In this document: positions 8,666 through 18,643 of the stretch, piece by piece
Layout: each line of letters opens with the position of its first letter
Numbering within the stretch: position 1 is the first letter of the stretch
Assembly (NCBI GenBank): GCA_016874095.1
Contig: VGVH01000002.1
Span: 36,431 to 100,430 of the forward strand
Length of the DNA: 64,000 nt
Source of the DNA: Gammaproteobacteria bacterium
GTDB lineage: Bacteria > Pseudomonadota > Gammaproteobacteria > Steroidobacterales > GCA-2729495
Reading direction: 5' to 3'
The notes under the pieces: generated by a model
What the model was told of the DNA's origin: nothing
The model's input: only the letters and a program-made list of their open reading frames with translations
Database searches by the model: none
Position numbers and translations under genes: made by a program

Positions 8666-9727
8666 ATGACTGCAGCCGCCCGCGGCCTCCTGCTACTGCC
8701 CCTGCTCGCGCTGATCTTCCTCGGCCCGCCGGCCTGGTCGCAGGGCCGGGTCGTGCGCATCACCACGGTGCCGGCAGCCACCACGCGCATCGAACAGACC
8801 GAGTGGGCGGTTGGCGTCATCGAGAGCCGCGTGTCGGCGCAGGTTGCCGCCGAGGTCTCGGGCAAGGTCGTGCAGGTGCTGGCCGAGCCCGGCCAGGGAG
8901 TCGCAGCGGGCCAGGTGCTGGCCGAGATCGAAACGTCGCAGTACCGCTACGGCCAGGACGCCGACAGCGCCGAGGCAGGACGCCTGGACGCCCTCCTCCG
9001 CAGCAAGACCCTCGAACTGGAGCGGGCACGCAAGCTGGTCGCCGAACGGCTGATCGCGGCAGAACGCCTGGACACCGTGCAGGCCGAACACGAAGCGCTC
9101 GTCAAACAGGTGGAAGGCGCCCGCGCCAATCTGGCCGAGAGCCAACGCCGGCTGGGCAAGACGCGCATTACCGCGCCCGTGCGCGCCGAGATCGCCGATC
9201 GGCTCGTCGACATCGGCGACTACGTGCAGGCCGGTACCGTCGCCTTCGATCTGGTCGATATCGATCGCCTGCGCGTCAAGCTGCCGTTCCCGGAGTACCG
9301 GGCCACCGAGTTCGCTCCGGGACTGAAGGTCCGATTGACGTCGGTGGCAGCCGGTTCGCGGCCGCTGGAGGCGTCGATCAGCGAGGTGCAGCCCAGCATC
9401 AACCCCGCCAACCGGGCGATCACGGTCGTGATCGACTTCGACAACCCGGGCAGCTGGCGCCCGGGCGCCAGCGTGCGTGCGGACGTCGTGCTCGCCGTCA
9501 GGGAAAACGCCATCGCTGTGCCCCAGATTGCGGTCGTGCGCCGCCCTGTGGGCGACGTGGTCTACGTGATCCGCGACGGCAAGGCCGAGGAACGCCCCGT
9601 CAGACGCGGCCTGCGCACCGGCGCAACCGTGGAAATACTCGAGGGATTGCGCAGCGGCGAGGTCGTCGCGGTCGACGGCGCCGGGTTCCTCACCCAGGGT
9701 GTGGCAGTCAACGCAGGCGGGAAGTAA
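8666..9727 (+). CDS. RND efflux periplasmic adaptor (MFP) subunit
   Basis: VAAEVSGKVVQV lipoyl half-motif, alpha-hairpin, ITAPVRAEI, WRPGASVRA, IAVPQIAVV; start reassigned to ATG 8666. Confidence 0.92.
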   Translation: MTAAARGLLLLPLLALIFLGPPAWSQGRVVRITTVPAATTRIEQTEWAVGVIESRVSAQVAAEVSGKVVQVLAEPGQGVAAGQVLAEIETSQYRYGQDADSAEAGRLDALLRSKTLELERARKLVAERLIAAERLDTVQAEHEALVKQVEGARANLAESQRRLGKTRITAPVRAEIADRLVDIGDYVQAGTVAFDLVDIDRLRVKLPFPEYRATEFAPGLKVRLTSVAAGSRPLEASISEVQPSINPANRAITVVIDFDNPGSWRPGASVRADVVLAVRENAIAVPQIAVVRRPVGDVVYVIRDGKAEERPVRRGLRTGATVEILEGLRSGEVVAVDGAGFLTQGVAVNAGGK

Positions 9728-9729
9728 CG

Positions 9730-12700
9730 ATGACTTTCGCTGAAGTCTCGGTCCGTCGCTACGTGTTCGCCGCGATGCTGAACGCAGTCATCGTGCTGTT
9801 CGGCTTCGTGGCCTGGCAGCGTATCGGCATCGAACGGTTGCCCAACATCGACTTCGCCACGGTCACCGTTACCACGCGACTGCAAGGCGCCAACCCGGAT
9901 GTGGTCGACGCCAGCATCACGAACGTTCTCGAAGGCGCCATCGCGAGCCTGCCGGGCCTCGAGCGACTGGTCTCCACCTCGGCAGCCGGCATCTCGACGA
10001 TCACCCCGACGTTCCGCATCGACAAGGACATCAACGTCGCGTTCAACGAGGTGCAGGCGAAGGTGAGCCAGATCGTCGGTCAGCTGCCCGAGGACGCCGA
10101 GGCGCCGGTGATCAGCAAGGCGGATACGAGTTCGTTCCCGGTGTTCTGGGCGACGATCACCGGCAACCGCACGATCCAGCAACTGAACCAGTACGCGCGC
10201 ACGGTCGTACGCCGACAACTCGAGACCGTGGACGGCGTCGGCGAAGTGGTCATAGGCGGCGAGCGAGAGCGCACGATCCGCGTCAACCTCGACTTCGAGC
10301 GCATGGTCGCGTTCGGCGTCACGGTGCAGGACATCACCGACGCCTTTCGCAAGGAGCATCTGCTGCTGCCGGGCGGCTACCTCGTCGACGACCGTCAGGA
10401 GCAACTCCTCAAACTCGATCTCGAGTACCACAACCCGGTCGACCTGGAGCGACTGATCATCGGCTATCGGCTCGGCGCGCCGATCTACCTGCGGGACATC
10501 TCCACCGTCGAGGACAGCCTCTCCGACAACCGCCGCGTCGGCCGCTACAACGGCAGGCCTGGCCTCGGCCTCGGCATCGTCAAGATCGCCGGGCGCAATA
10601 CCGTCGAGATCAGCCGCGAGGTGCAGCGGCGCATCCGCGAGGACGTCCTCCCGCAGATGCCACCGGGGATCGAGTTCTATGTATCCACCGACGACAGCGT
10701 CTACATCATCGAACTGATCGATACGCTCAAGGAACACCTGGTCGACGGGGCGTTGTTCGCGGCGCTGGTGGTCTGGCTGTTCCTGCGCAACCTGCGGGCA
10801 ACGTTGATCGTAGCGGCCGCGATTCCGGTATCGCTGTTCGGTGCCGTGCTGGTGATGTACTTCCTCGGCTATACGCTGAACACATTCACGATGCTGGGAC
10901 TGCTGATCCTGATCGGCGTCGTGGTCGATGATGCCATCGTCGTGCTGGAGAACATCCAGCGTCGGCTCGAGGCGGGGCAAAAGGACCGGGCCGCCGCCGC
11001 GATCGAGGGCACCCAGGAAGTGATGCTGGCGATCGTGGCTTCGACACTGACGCTGGCGGCGATATTCGCGGTAGTGCTGTTCATCGGCGGCATTCCGGGG
11101 CGGTTGTTCAGCGCCTTCGGCGTGGTCGTGGCAGCAGGCGTCATGGTTTCGCTGTTCGTGGCGCTGACCCTGACGCCGATGCTCTGCTCGCGATTCCTGA
11201 CGCTGCGCGGCCATGCCGGCTGGCTGTCTGGCAGGCTGCGACCGACTCTGACGAGACGCAGCCGTCGCTACGGGCGGGTTGCGATCCGGGCCGCCACCCA
11301 GTGGCGGCGACTGAAGATCCGCGCAGTTTCACTGGCGCGGGGCGGACTCACCTGCCTGCGCTGGATCGACGACGCGCTTTTCGCCCGCTTCACGCCGTGG
11401 CTGCAGGGCATGGAGTCGCGCTATCGCGAGGCGATCGTCTGGACCCTCAGGAACCGCTGGCGGACGGTGCTGATCGCAGTGGGTATCGTCTGCCTCACGC
11501 CACTGCTCATGGCCGGGCTTGGCTTCGAGTTCGTGCCGGCCGAGGACGAGGGCTCCTTCCAGGTCACCATCAAGACCCCGACCGGCTCCAGCCTCGAGTA
11601 CAGCGACGGCAGGATGAAAGCGGTGGAGGACCGGATCCTTGCCCGCAAGGACGAGGTCGTGAGCGTGTTCGCGACGCTCGGCGTTGGCCGCATCGGTGCA
11701 GTGAACCAGGGCGTCATGTACGTGAACCTGACTCCGCGGGCAAAACGCGACAAGAGCCAGCAGGAAATCATGGCTGAGCTTGCAGTTGAGTTCACGGAAA
11801 TTCCGGGCGTGCAGGCGTTTCCGGCTTCCTTTTCCATCGCCGGCAACCAGCGCGGCGAGGCGCTGCAGTTCGCCGTGCAAGGACCTGACCTCGAGGGCGT
11901 GGCCCGTCTCGCCTACGAGCTGCGCGAGCGACTGGGCGCCCAGCCCGCCCTGGGCGCTATCGATCTCGATCTGAATCTCGACCTGCCGCAGATTCGCCTG
12001 GACGTGAATCGCGAACTGGCTGCCGAATTCGGTCTCGGCACCCGCGACATCGCGCAGGCAGCCAACGTGATTGCCGGCGGACTCAATGTGGCCAAGTACA
12101 GCGACGAACCGGGCGACGGCGAGCGCTATGACATCCGGCTCAAGGCTGCGGGCGAAGTCATGGTCGAGGACCTGTCGAAGATCTACCTGCGCAGTCCGAA
12201 CCGGTCGCTTATCCGGCTCGATACCGTCGCCAAGTTCGAGCAGACCGTCGGGCCGTCGATCATCCCGCGCCTGAACCGCCAATACGCCGCGTATTTCTAC
12301 TCGGACCCGACCGTTTCGCTCGGGCAAGCCGTTTCCACCGTGAAGAAGGAAGCCGCCGAGGTGCTGCTGCCGGGCTATCGTCTGCGCATGCTCGGCCGCT
12401 CCGAGGAACTCGGCAACACTCAGTCCACGCTGGGCTTCGCGTTCGTCATGGCACTGGCGCTCATCTACATGGTGCTGGCAAGCCAGTTCAATTCCTTCGG
12501 CCAGCCGCTCATCATCATGGTGGCCCAGCCTCTCGCCATCGTCGGAGGCGTGGCGGCGCTGCTGCTCACCCGCGACACGCTCAACCTCTATTCCATGACC
12601 GGGCTGGTGCTCCTCATCGGACTGGTCGCCAAGAACTCGATCCTGCTGGTCGACATCACCAACCAGTTGCGGACGCAGGGCATGAGCGTCGACGAGGCGC

Positions 12701-12972
12701 TGCTCGAGGCCTGCCCGCGACGGTTGCGGCCGATCCTGATGACGTCGCTCACCATCATCTGCGCGATGCTGGCGCCGGCGCTTGGCTTCAGCACAGGGGC
12801 TGAACTGTCCGGACCGCTTGCCTCGGCGGTCATCGGCGGCCTGGTGAGCTCGACGCTGCTGACGCTCGTGGTAGTGCCTGCCGTCTATTCCCTGGTCGAG
12901 TCTTCCCGCCGCAGCGCGAATGAGACAACATCCGCGACGACCGAACAGCGGACTGAAACCGGGCAAGGGTGA
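9730..12972 (+). CDS. RND efflux permease (AcrB/MdtB-like)
   Basis: LPNIDF, GVVVDDAIVVLENI, GLVAKNSILLVD, RLRPILMTS proton-relay motifs; 1080 aa from ATG 9730. Confidence 0.95.
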   Translation: MTFAEVSVRRYVFAAMLNAVIVLFGFVAWQRIGIERLPNIDFATVTVTTRLQGANPDVVDASITNVLEGAIASLPGLERLVSTSAAGISTITPTFRIDKDINVAFNEVQAKVSQIVGQLPEDAEAPVISKADTSSFPVFWATITGNRTIQQLNQYARTVVRRQLETVDGVGEVVIGGERERTIRVNLDFERMVAFGVTVQDITDAFRKEHLLLPGGYLVDDRQEQLLKLDLEYHNPVDLERLIIGYRLGAPIYLRDISTVEDSLSDNRRVGRYNGRPGLGLGIVKIAGRNTVEISREVQRRIREDVLPQMPPGIEFYVSTDDSVYIIELIDTLKEHLVDGALFAALVVWLFLRNLRATLIVAAAIPVSLFGAVLVMYFLGYTLNTFTMLGLLILIGVVVDDAIVVLENIQRRLEAGQKDRAAAAIEGTQEVMLAIVASTLTLAAIFAVVLFIGGIPGRLFSAFGVVVAAGVMVSLFVALTLTPMLCSRFLTLRGHAGWLSGRLRPTLTRRSRRYGRVAIRAATQWRRLKIRAVSLARGGLTCLRWIDDALFARFTPWLQGMESRYREAIVWTLRNRWRTVLIAVGIVCLTPLLMAGLGFEFVPAEDEGSFQVTIKTPTGSSLEYSDGRMKAVEDRILARKDEVVSVFATLGVGRIGAVNQGVMYVNLTPRAKRDKSQQEIMAELAVEFTEIPGVQAFPASFSIAGNQRGEALQFAVQGPDLEGVARLAYELRERLGAQPALGAIDLDLNLDLPQIRLDVNRELAAEFGLGTRDIAQAANVIAGGLNVAKYSDEPGDGERYDIRLKAAGEVMVEDLSKIYLRSPNRSLIRLDTVAKFEQTVGPSIIPRLNRQYAAYFYSDPTVSLGQAVSTVKKEAAEVLLPGYRLRMLGRSEELGNTQSTLGFAFVMALALIYMVLASQFNSFGQPLIIMVAQPLAIVGGVAALLLTRDTLNLYSMTGLVLLIGLVAKNSILLVDITNQLRTQGMSVDEALLEACPRRLRPILMTSLTIICAMLAPALGFSTGAELSGPLASAVIGGLVSSTLLTLVVVPAVYSLVESSRRSANETTSATTEQRTETGQG

Positions 12973-12973
12973 C

Positions 12974-13447
12974 ATGTTGCAGATCGATGACGCCTGGCAG
13001 GGCGCAGTCCAGTTCTGGGAGCTGATCTTCGGCACCTGGCTCGTCTATGGTTTTCTCGTCCTCCTCTGGGAGAAAGCTCTGCGCGAACCCCTGGAGGAGT
13101 GGCGCTACGTGCTGCTGGTCTTCCTCGGCGCGTCCTTCTTCTGGATCAACCACTACCTGCAGCGTGCGCCCTTCTATTTCTGGGTTTTGAACGGCTATAC
13201 GGCGGTAGTGTGGGTTGCGTGGTACTGGATTGCCGTGCGCGGCCGTGGATCGCTGCTCTGGACCATCCTTGCCTCGCTGTCGTTCGTGCTGTTTACACTG
13301 GCCTACATCGGCTTCGAGCAGATCGCCCGCTACCTGGTCAAGAACCTCGGATTCCACGAGTTCCACACCATGCTGATCAGCTACGTCGGCTTCGCGGCAT
13401 TGATCTGGTGGCGGGCCCGGGCCAGCCGGCGGGAAGCGGGTGCCTGA
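12974..13447 (+). CDS. Hypothetical multi-pass membrane protein
   Basis: 157 aa, about 5 Trp/Phe/Tyr-rich hydrophobic segments; starts 1 nt after the RND permease stop. Confidence 0.75.
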   Translation: MLQIDDAWQGAVQFWELIFGTWLVYGFLVLLWEKALREPLEEWRYVLLVFLGASFFWINHYLQRAPFYFWVLNGYTAVVWVAWYWIAVRGRGSLLWTILASLSFVLFTLAYIGFEQIARYLVKNLGFHEFHTMLISYVGFAALIWWRARASRREAGA

Positions 13448-13486
13448 TCCGGCAGCGCCGCGCTCGCCATCGGGCGCAGCCTGAGC

Positions 13487-14194
13487 GTGGCGCGCCGTTT
13501 TCGTTTCCGCCGGCTCGTATTGCGCTGCATCCTCCTCGTCGTGGCGGCAACGATACTTCTCGTCCTGCCGCTGCGCTGGCTGCCACCGCTGACCAGCAGT
13601 TTCATGCTCATCACCTGGGCGACGAAGAGCGAGGGCGCGGGCGACCTCCGTTACGACTGGGTCGGACGACAGGCGATCAGCCGCCACGCAGTCACGGCGC
13701 TGGTCGCGGCTGAAGACCAGAGGTTCTTCGAGCATGCAGGATTCGACTTCGCCGCGATCGAAAAAGCGCTGCGCAACAACCAGCAGCAGCGGCGCGTGAA
13801 AGGCGCCTCGACCATCAGCCAGCAGGTCGCCAAGAACCTCTGGCTGTGGCCCGGCCGGAGCTGGCTGCGCAAAGGCCTGGAGGCATGGTTCACGCTGTGG
13901 CTGGAACTGCTGCTGCCGAAGCAGCGCATCCTCGAACTGCACCTCAACCTCGCCCAGTACGGGCCCGTCACCTTCGGCGTGGAAGCAGCCGCCCGCCAGT
14001 ACTTCCGCAAGCCCGCCGACCAGCTGAACCGCCACGAAGCGGCGCTGCTCGCGGCGGTGCTGCCCAACCCGGTGCGTTACAGGGCCGCGAGTCCCTCTCG
14101 CTATGTCACCAGCCGGCAACGCTGGATCATGGCCCAGGCCAGGCGCGTCGAGCGCGCCGGCGCGTTCTCCGCGGCCGCATGGCGCCGCAACTGA
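13487..14194 (+). CDS. mtgA: Monofunctional peptidoglycan transglycosylase
   Basis: [52 protein letters not shown] (GT51 motifs). Confidence 0.95.
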   Translation: MARRFRFRRLVLRCILLVVAATILLVLPLRWLPPLTSSFMLITWATKSEGAGDLRYDWVGRQAISRHAVTALVAAEDQRFFEHAGFDFAAIEKALRNNQQQRRVKGASTISQQVAKNLWLWPGRSWLRKGLEAWFTLWLELLLPKQRILELHLNLAQYGPVTFGVEAAARQYFRKPADQLNRHEAALLAAVLPNPVRYRAASPSRYVTSRQRWIMAQARRVERAGAFSAAAWRRN

Positions 14195-14197
14195 GGC

Positions 14198-15208
14198 TCA
14201 GGCCAGCGCCGGCACGACCCGCTCGCCCAGCAGGCGGATCGTGAACTCGGGATTCTCGTAGATGCGCAGGGCGATCGACGTGAGCCCGGCCCGCTCGAAC
14301 TCGCGGAACCTCTCGATCTCGGCGTCCAGGTCGGCTACCGCGCAGGCCGAGGTACAACGTTGCGCGAGTCGCGACACGATCTCCGGCGGCACCCCTTCGA
14401 TCACGTCGGTCTTGCGGTTGTAGGCGCGTATGAACGCATTGATGTTGCGTGTCACGAGTGCAGCCTCATCTGCATCCAGCACGTCGTTGATGTACGGCGG
14501 ATAAAGCGTGCCGCGGACCGTGAGCCAGATGCGGGCCTCGCGCTCGGCCTCCTCCCGCGTCGGCTTGACGTGCCAGGCCCAGAAATTGTTCATCGGGAAC
14601 TCGCGTGGCTCGCGGCCCGCTGCGTTCAACGTCGCGTCCATGACCTGCCGCGCACTGCGGACATGGTCGATGACGAAGTCGCTCACCATGACGCCATCCG
14701 CATAGCGCGGAGCAGCCTTGAGCATCTGCGGGCCGTTGGCACCAGCCCAGATCATGGGCGGCGGGCTGCGCACCCAGCTCGGGTTGTACCAGCCGACCTT
14801 GAACATCTCGCCCTGGTAGCGCACCGGCTTGCCGGTCGCCGCGCTGCGCAGGATCTCCACGCACTCGCGCACGGCGCGCACGACGCGCGTCGGCCTGATG
14901 CCCATGGCGGTTGCCGTGCCACCACCCGCGCCGACAACGATCTGCGCGCGGCCGCCGGCGATCTCGTTCAGCGTGAGGAGTGAACCGGCCATCTTCAGCG
15001 GATGGAGCTCGAACGGACTGACGGCGATCGGCCCGATGCGGATGCGCTTCGTCGCCCGCGCCAGTTCGACGAAATTGATGAAAGGATCGCGGGCGTCGTT
15101 CATGTTCGACACCCACACGGCACCGATGCCGGCCATCTCGGCCATGACGCCCAGCTCGGCGATCCGCTCCGGCGGCAGGTTCGATTCGAGAATGACATCG
15201 ATGCGCAT
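14198..15208 (-). CDS. LLM class flavin-dependent oxidoreductase (Mer-like)
   Basis: ARATKRIRIGPIAVSP, GRAQIVVGAG, PMIWAGANGPQML..ADG motifs. Confidence 0.85.
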   Translation of the reverse strand: MRIDVILESNLPPERIAELGVMAEMAGIGAVWVSNMNDARDPFINFVELARATKRIRIGPIAVSPFELHPLKMAGSLLTLNEIAGGRAQIVVGAGGGTATAMGIRPTRVVRAVRECVEILRSAATGKPVRYQGEMFKVGWYNPSWVRSPPPMIWAGANGPQMLKAAPRYADGVMVSDFVIDHVRSARQVMDATLNAAGREPREFPMNNFWAWHVKPTREEAEREARIWLTVRGTLYPPYINDVLDADEAALVTRNINAFIRAYNRKTDVIEGVPPEIVSRLAQRCTSACAVADLDAEIERFREFERAGLTSIALRIYENPEFTIRLLGERVVPALA

Positions 15209-15258
15209 GCCCTCTTCTCCCTCGCGAGCGGCAGCGACAGTCTACAATTCCTGCCCGC

Positions 15259-16260
15259 ATGCCCGCAGCCACCGACACCGCCCTTGCCTACCAGGACCTC
15301 GTGCCGGATGACGTCATTGCGGCAGTCGAAAGCCTCGGACTGCGCTGCGACGGACGCCTGCTCGCGCTGAACAGCTACGAGAACCGCGTCTACCGCGCGG
15401 GCATCGAGGACGCAGCACCGGTCGTCGCGAAGTTCTACCGGCCCGGGCGCTGGAGCGACGAGGCGATCGTCGAGGAACACGACTTCGCAGCCGAGCTGGC
15501 GGCAGCCGATGTGCCAGTCGTCCCGCCCATCAGCCATGGCGGACGCACGCTGCACAAGCGCGGCGAATTCCGCTTCGCCGTCTATCCCTGTCATGGCGGC
15601 CGGGCGCCCGAACTCGACGACATGGCGCTGCTGACCCAGCTCGGAAGGCTCGTCGCCCGCATCCATCTCCAGGGCGCGCGCACCGCATGGCGCCATCGCG
15701 GCCGGATCGGGCTCGAGACCTACGGCACGAAGTCGCGCGACTACCTGCTCGCGGCGGACTTCATCCCGGTCGAGCTGCGCGATGCCTACGCCGGCGTATG
15801 CGAGCACGCCTTCGCCGGCATACGAGACTGCGAGGCGCGCGCGGGCGGTGCACGGCAGCTGCGCCTGCACGGCGACCTGCATCCCGGCAACGTGCTGGTG
15901 CTGGGCGAGCAGGTGCACATCGTCGATCTCGACGACACGCTGACGGGCCCGGCCGTGCAGGACCTGTGGATGTTCCTGTCCGGCAACCGCGACGAGCAGA
16001 CGCCGCAGCTCGCGCGGCTGCTGGAGGGATATTGCGAATTCCGCGAGTTCGATGCGCAGGAGCTGCACCTGGTCGAGGCGCTGCGCACGCTGCGCATCAT
16101 GCACCACGCCGCCTGGCTCGCCCGGCGCTGGCGCGATCCGGCATTCCACATCGCCTTTCCCTGGTTCAATACCCGTAGGTACTGGGACGAGCACGTGCTC
16201 GCGTTGCGGGAGCAGGTGGCGCTGATGGAAGACTGGCCGCTCGAATGGAAGCAGCGATGA
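15259..16260 (+). CDS. srkA: Stress response Ser/Thr kinase SrkA (RdoA/YihE)
   Basis: LNSYENRVY, VAKFYRPGRWS, HGDLHPGN, DLDD, AVQDLWM motifs. Confidence 0.95.
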   Translation: MPAATDTALAYQDLVPDDVIAAVESLGLRCDGRLLALNSYENRVYRAGIEDAAPVVAKFYRPGRWSDEAIVEEHDFAAELAAADVPVVPPISHGGRTLHKRGEFRFAVYPCHGGRAPELDDMALLTQLGRLVARIHLQGARTAWRHRGRIGLETYGTKSRDYLLAADFIPVELRDAYAGVCEHAFAGIRDCEARAGGARQLRLHGDLHPGNVLVLGEQVHIVDLDDTLTGPAVQDLWMFLSGNRDEQTPQLARLLEGYCEFREFDAQELHLVEALRTLRIMHHAAWLARRWRDPAFHIAFPWFNTRRYWDEHVLALREQVALMEDWPLEWKQR

Positions 16261-17210
16261 CCTACGATGTCGGCGCAAGCGGCTCCGGCGTGGCGTTCGA
16301 CGCGGTACCCGGCGCGAGACTGCTCAAAAACATCGCGATCGTCACGCACTGCGTGCAGGATCTCGCCCTCGCGGAGGCGGCGTGGACGTCCCTGCTCGGC
16401 TACCGCACGGTGGAACGCGGGCTGCTCGACACGGATACCTGTGCCGCGTGGGATACCCCTGCAGCCGCCGGGCAGCGCTGGTGCCTCATGCAGCCGGCCA
16501 GCGGCGAGGACTGCTGGCTTCGCTTCGTCGAGACCGGCGAGCGCAGCCACCCGCCTCCGGCGACTCTTGGCTGGTGCGCGACGGAACTGCTCGTAAGCGA
16601 TGTCGACGGACTCGCGCGCGAGCTGGCTGGCAGCGCGTTCCGGCGGCTGGGCGGGCCGGGCGACCTCTATCCCCGACCCAGTGCGCCACGGGCGATGCAG
16701 GCGATCGGGCCCTCCGGCGAACTCGTCTACTTCACGCGCCTGCTGCCCGGCGGGAGCCGCTACGGTCTCAAGCAGGCGCAGAGCCGCGTCGACCGCCCGT
16801 TCATCGTCACCGTGGCCGGGACCGACGGGGCTGGCATGCACCGCTTCTACGGGCAGTCGCTGGGACTGCGTGTCATGGACCGCACGCCGTTCGTCAACGG
16901 CCTGCTGGCCATGCTCTGCGACACCCCGCCGGACACGGTGTTTCCGACGGCAGTGGCGGCGATACCCGGGCGGAAATTCCTGGTCGAGATGGACGAGTTC
17001 CCGCTCCACGTCGGGCCGCGACCACGCCGCGCCGGCGCCTTGCCCGGCGGGATGGCGATGGTCAGTTTCCGGGTGAACTCGCTCGAGTCGATCGGCATCC
17101 CGCTGCGCTCGGCACCGCGGCGCCTCGCGGGCGCCGCCTACGGCGACGCCCGCGCGGCCGTCATCGAAGGTGCCGCCGGCGAGTGGCTGGAGCTCATCGA
17201 GGCGGCGTGA
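16257..17210 (+). CDS. VOC/glyoxalase-like two-domain protein
   Basis: ATGA overlap with srkA; paired VOC signatures (LGYRTV...WLRFVE, FYGQSLGL...GAAGEWLELIE). Confidence 0.7.
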   Translation: MTYDVGASGSGVAFDAVPGARLLKNIAIVTHCVQDLALAEAAWTSLLGYRTVERGLLDTDTCAAWDTPAAAGQRWCLMQPASGEDCWLRFVETGERSHPPPATLGWCATELLVSDVDGLARELAGSAFRRLGGPGDLYPRPSAPRAMQAIGPSGELVYFTRLLPGGSRYGLKQAQSRVDRPFIVTVAGTDGAGMHRFYGQSLGLRVMDRTPFVNGLLAMLCDTPPDTVFPTAVAAIPGRKFLVEMDEFPLHVGPRPRRAGALPGGMAMVSFRVNSLESIGIPLRSAPRRLAGAAYGDARAAVIEGAAGEWLELIEAA

Positions 17211-17712
17211 CCGCCGCTGCCTGCGTGTCGCCGCCGGGACCGCTGCCCTGCGGGAAGAATTTCCACTCGCGCCAGCGCCTGCCGTCGCGGAACTCGTAAA
17301 GGTTCAGGGTCACCTTCGTCACCGGCTTGCCGGCCTCGAGCACCACGTCCTCCTCGACCTGCACGAGGATGTTGCCGACCATGCCGAGGCGCTCGAAGCG
17401 GGAACTCACCCATGCACCGGACCCGAAAAAGCGCTCGATCAACGCCACGGTGGCGGCGCGTCCACGCACGGCTTCGCGCGGCCCTTCAGGCGTCACCTGC
17501 CACCAGCTGTAGTCCTCGGCCAGGTACGCACCGACCTCGGCGCCCTTTTTTTCATCGAAGGCCCGTTCGGCAGCCTCGATCACCGGCAGGAAACCGGCCG
17601 GCACTTCCCGGTAGCTTGCCGTTGCCGCGAATGCGGTCAGAACCGTGGCAAGCACGACGGCAAGAGCGGCCGCAACTGTGAACCTGCTGAACCGGACTGG
17701 ACGGATCTTCAT
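17194..17712 (-). CDS. Secreted NTF2/SnoaL-like protein
   Basis: Signal peptide, then YLAEDY..VRGRAATVALIERFF..LYEFRDGRRWREWKFF pattern; start reassigned to 17712. Confidence 0.65.
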   Translation of the reverse strand: MKIRPVRFSRFTVAAALAVVLATVLTAFAATASYREVPAGFLPVIEAAERAFDEKKGAEVGAYLAEDYSWWQVTPEGPREAVRGRAATVALIERFFGSGAWVSSRFERLGMVGNILVQVEEDVVLEAGKPVTKVTLNLYEFRDGRRWREWKFFPQGSGPGGDTQAAAVTPPR

Positions 17713-17797
17713 GACGACACCTCGCTCGCTGCTATAGTCGGTTACCGCAGAGACTAGTCGAGCGCTTCCCCGCACCACAACCACCGGAGCCGCAGCC

Positions 17798-18637
17798 ATG
17801 AAGTACCTCAGCGCCTCGATCGCCGCTCTGCTGTTCCTGGCCGGCGCGGCGACAGCCCACGAAGACGATGCGGCCATGACCGGTCGCATCGTCGTCATCG
17901 GCGCCACGGCACGCAGTTCGCTGGAGATCATCCCCCAGGCACTGGATCGCGGTTACGAAGTCGTCGCCATGGCGCGCGTTCCAGCCGATCTCAGCCTTTC
18001 GCACGAGCGTTTGCGGATCGTCGCGGGCGACGTCTACGACGTGGCGTCGCTGGAGGCGGTCCTGACCGGCAGCGAAGTCGTGATCTCGATGGTCGGACCA
18101 CGGCTCGATCCGCTCAAGGAAGTCGGACAGATCGACCTCTTCACCCGCGGCACCGGCAACATCATCGCCGCAATGAAGAAAAAGGGTAATCGCCGCCTGC
18201 TCGTGGCGAGCTCGATCGGTGTCGAGACCGAATTTCCGGCCGCGAAGCCCGACGCGGTGAAGGAACCCGGGCAGATGTGGGTCTGGAACACGCGCTACCT
18301 CTACAAGGACATGCGCGAGATGGAGGATATCGTCCGGACCAGCGGCCTCGACTGGGTGATCCTGCGACCCGGATTCATGGTCGAGGAACCGATGCGCAAC
18401 GACTTGAAGCTCTCCGTGAACGAAAACTCGCCGAAGCAGCGGATCCTCACCTACGCCGATTTCGGCCGCTTCGTGGTCGACCAGGTCGCGGGCAACGATC
18501 ATCTCGGCCAGACCGTCGGCCTGTGGACCGACCGGCTGCTGCAATTCGGCCAGAACGTCGACTTCGAGAAGGAGTCGCAGATGATGCGCGAAAAGGCGGC
18601 ACTGGAAGAGTCGCGGAAGTCCGCCGCCGGCAAGTAA
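17798..18637 (+). CDS. NAD(P)-binding Rossmann protein (NmrA/BLVRB-like) with signal peptide
   Basis: IVVIGATARSS, IVAGDVYD, SGLDWVILRPG motifs; AXA-type signal peptide. Confidence 0.82.
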   Translation: MKYLSASIAALLFLAGAATAHEDDAAMTGRIVVIGATARSSLEIIPQALDRGYEVVAMARVPADLSLSHERLRIVAGDVYDVASLEAVLTGSEVVISMVGPRLDPLKEVGQIDLFTRGTGNIIAAMKKKGNRRLLVASSIGVETEFPAAKPDAVKEPGQMWVWNTRYLYKDMREMEDIVRTSGLDWVILRPGFMVEEPMRNDLKLSVNENSPKQRILTYADFGRFVVDQVAGNDHLGQTVGLWTDRLLQFGQNVDFEKESQMMREKAALEESRKSAAGK

Positions 18638-18643
18638 TCCGCT

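Noticed and set aside
8494-9729. Apparent 412-aa N-terminal extension making a 1492-aa RND protein
   Set aside because: Out-of-frame shadow of the MFP gene; the real permease starts at ATG 9730
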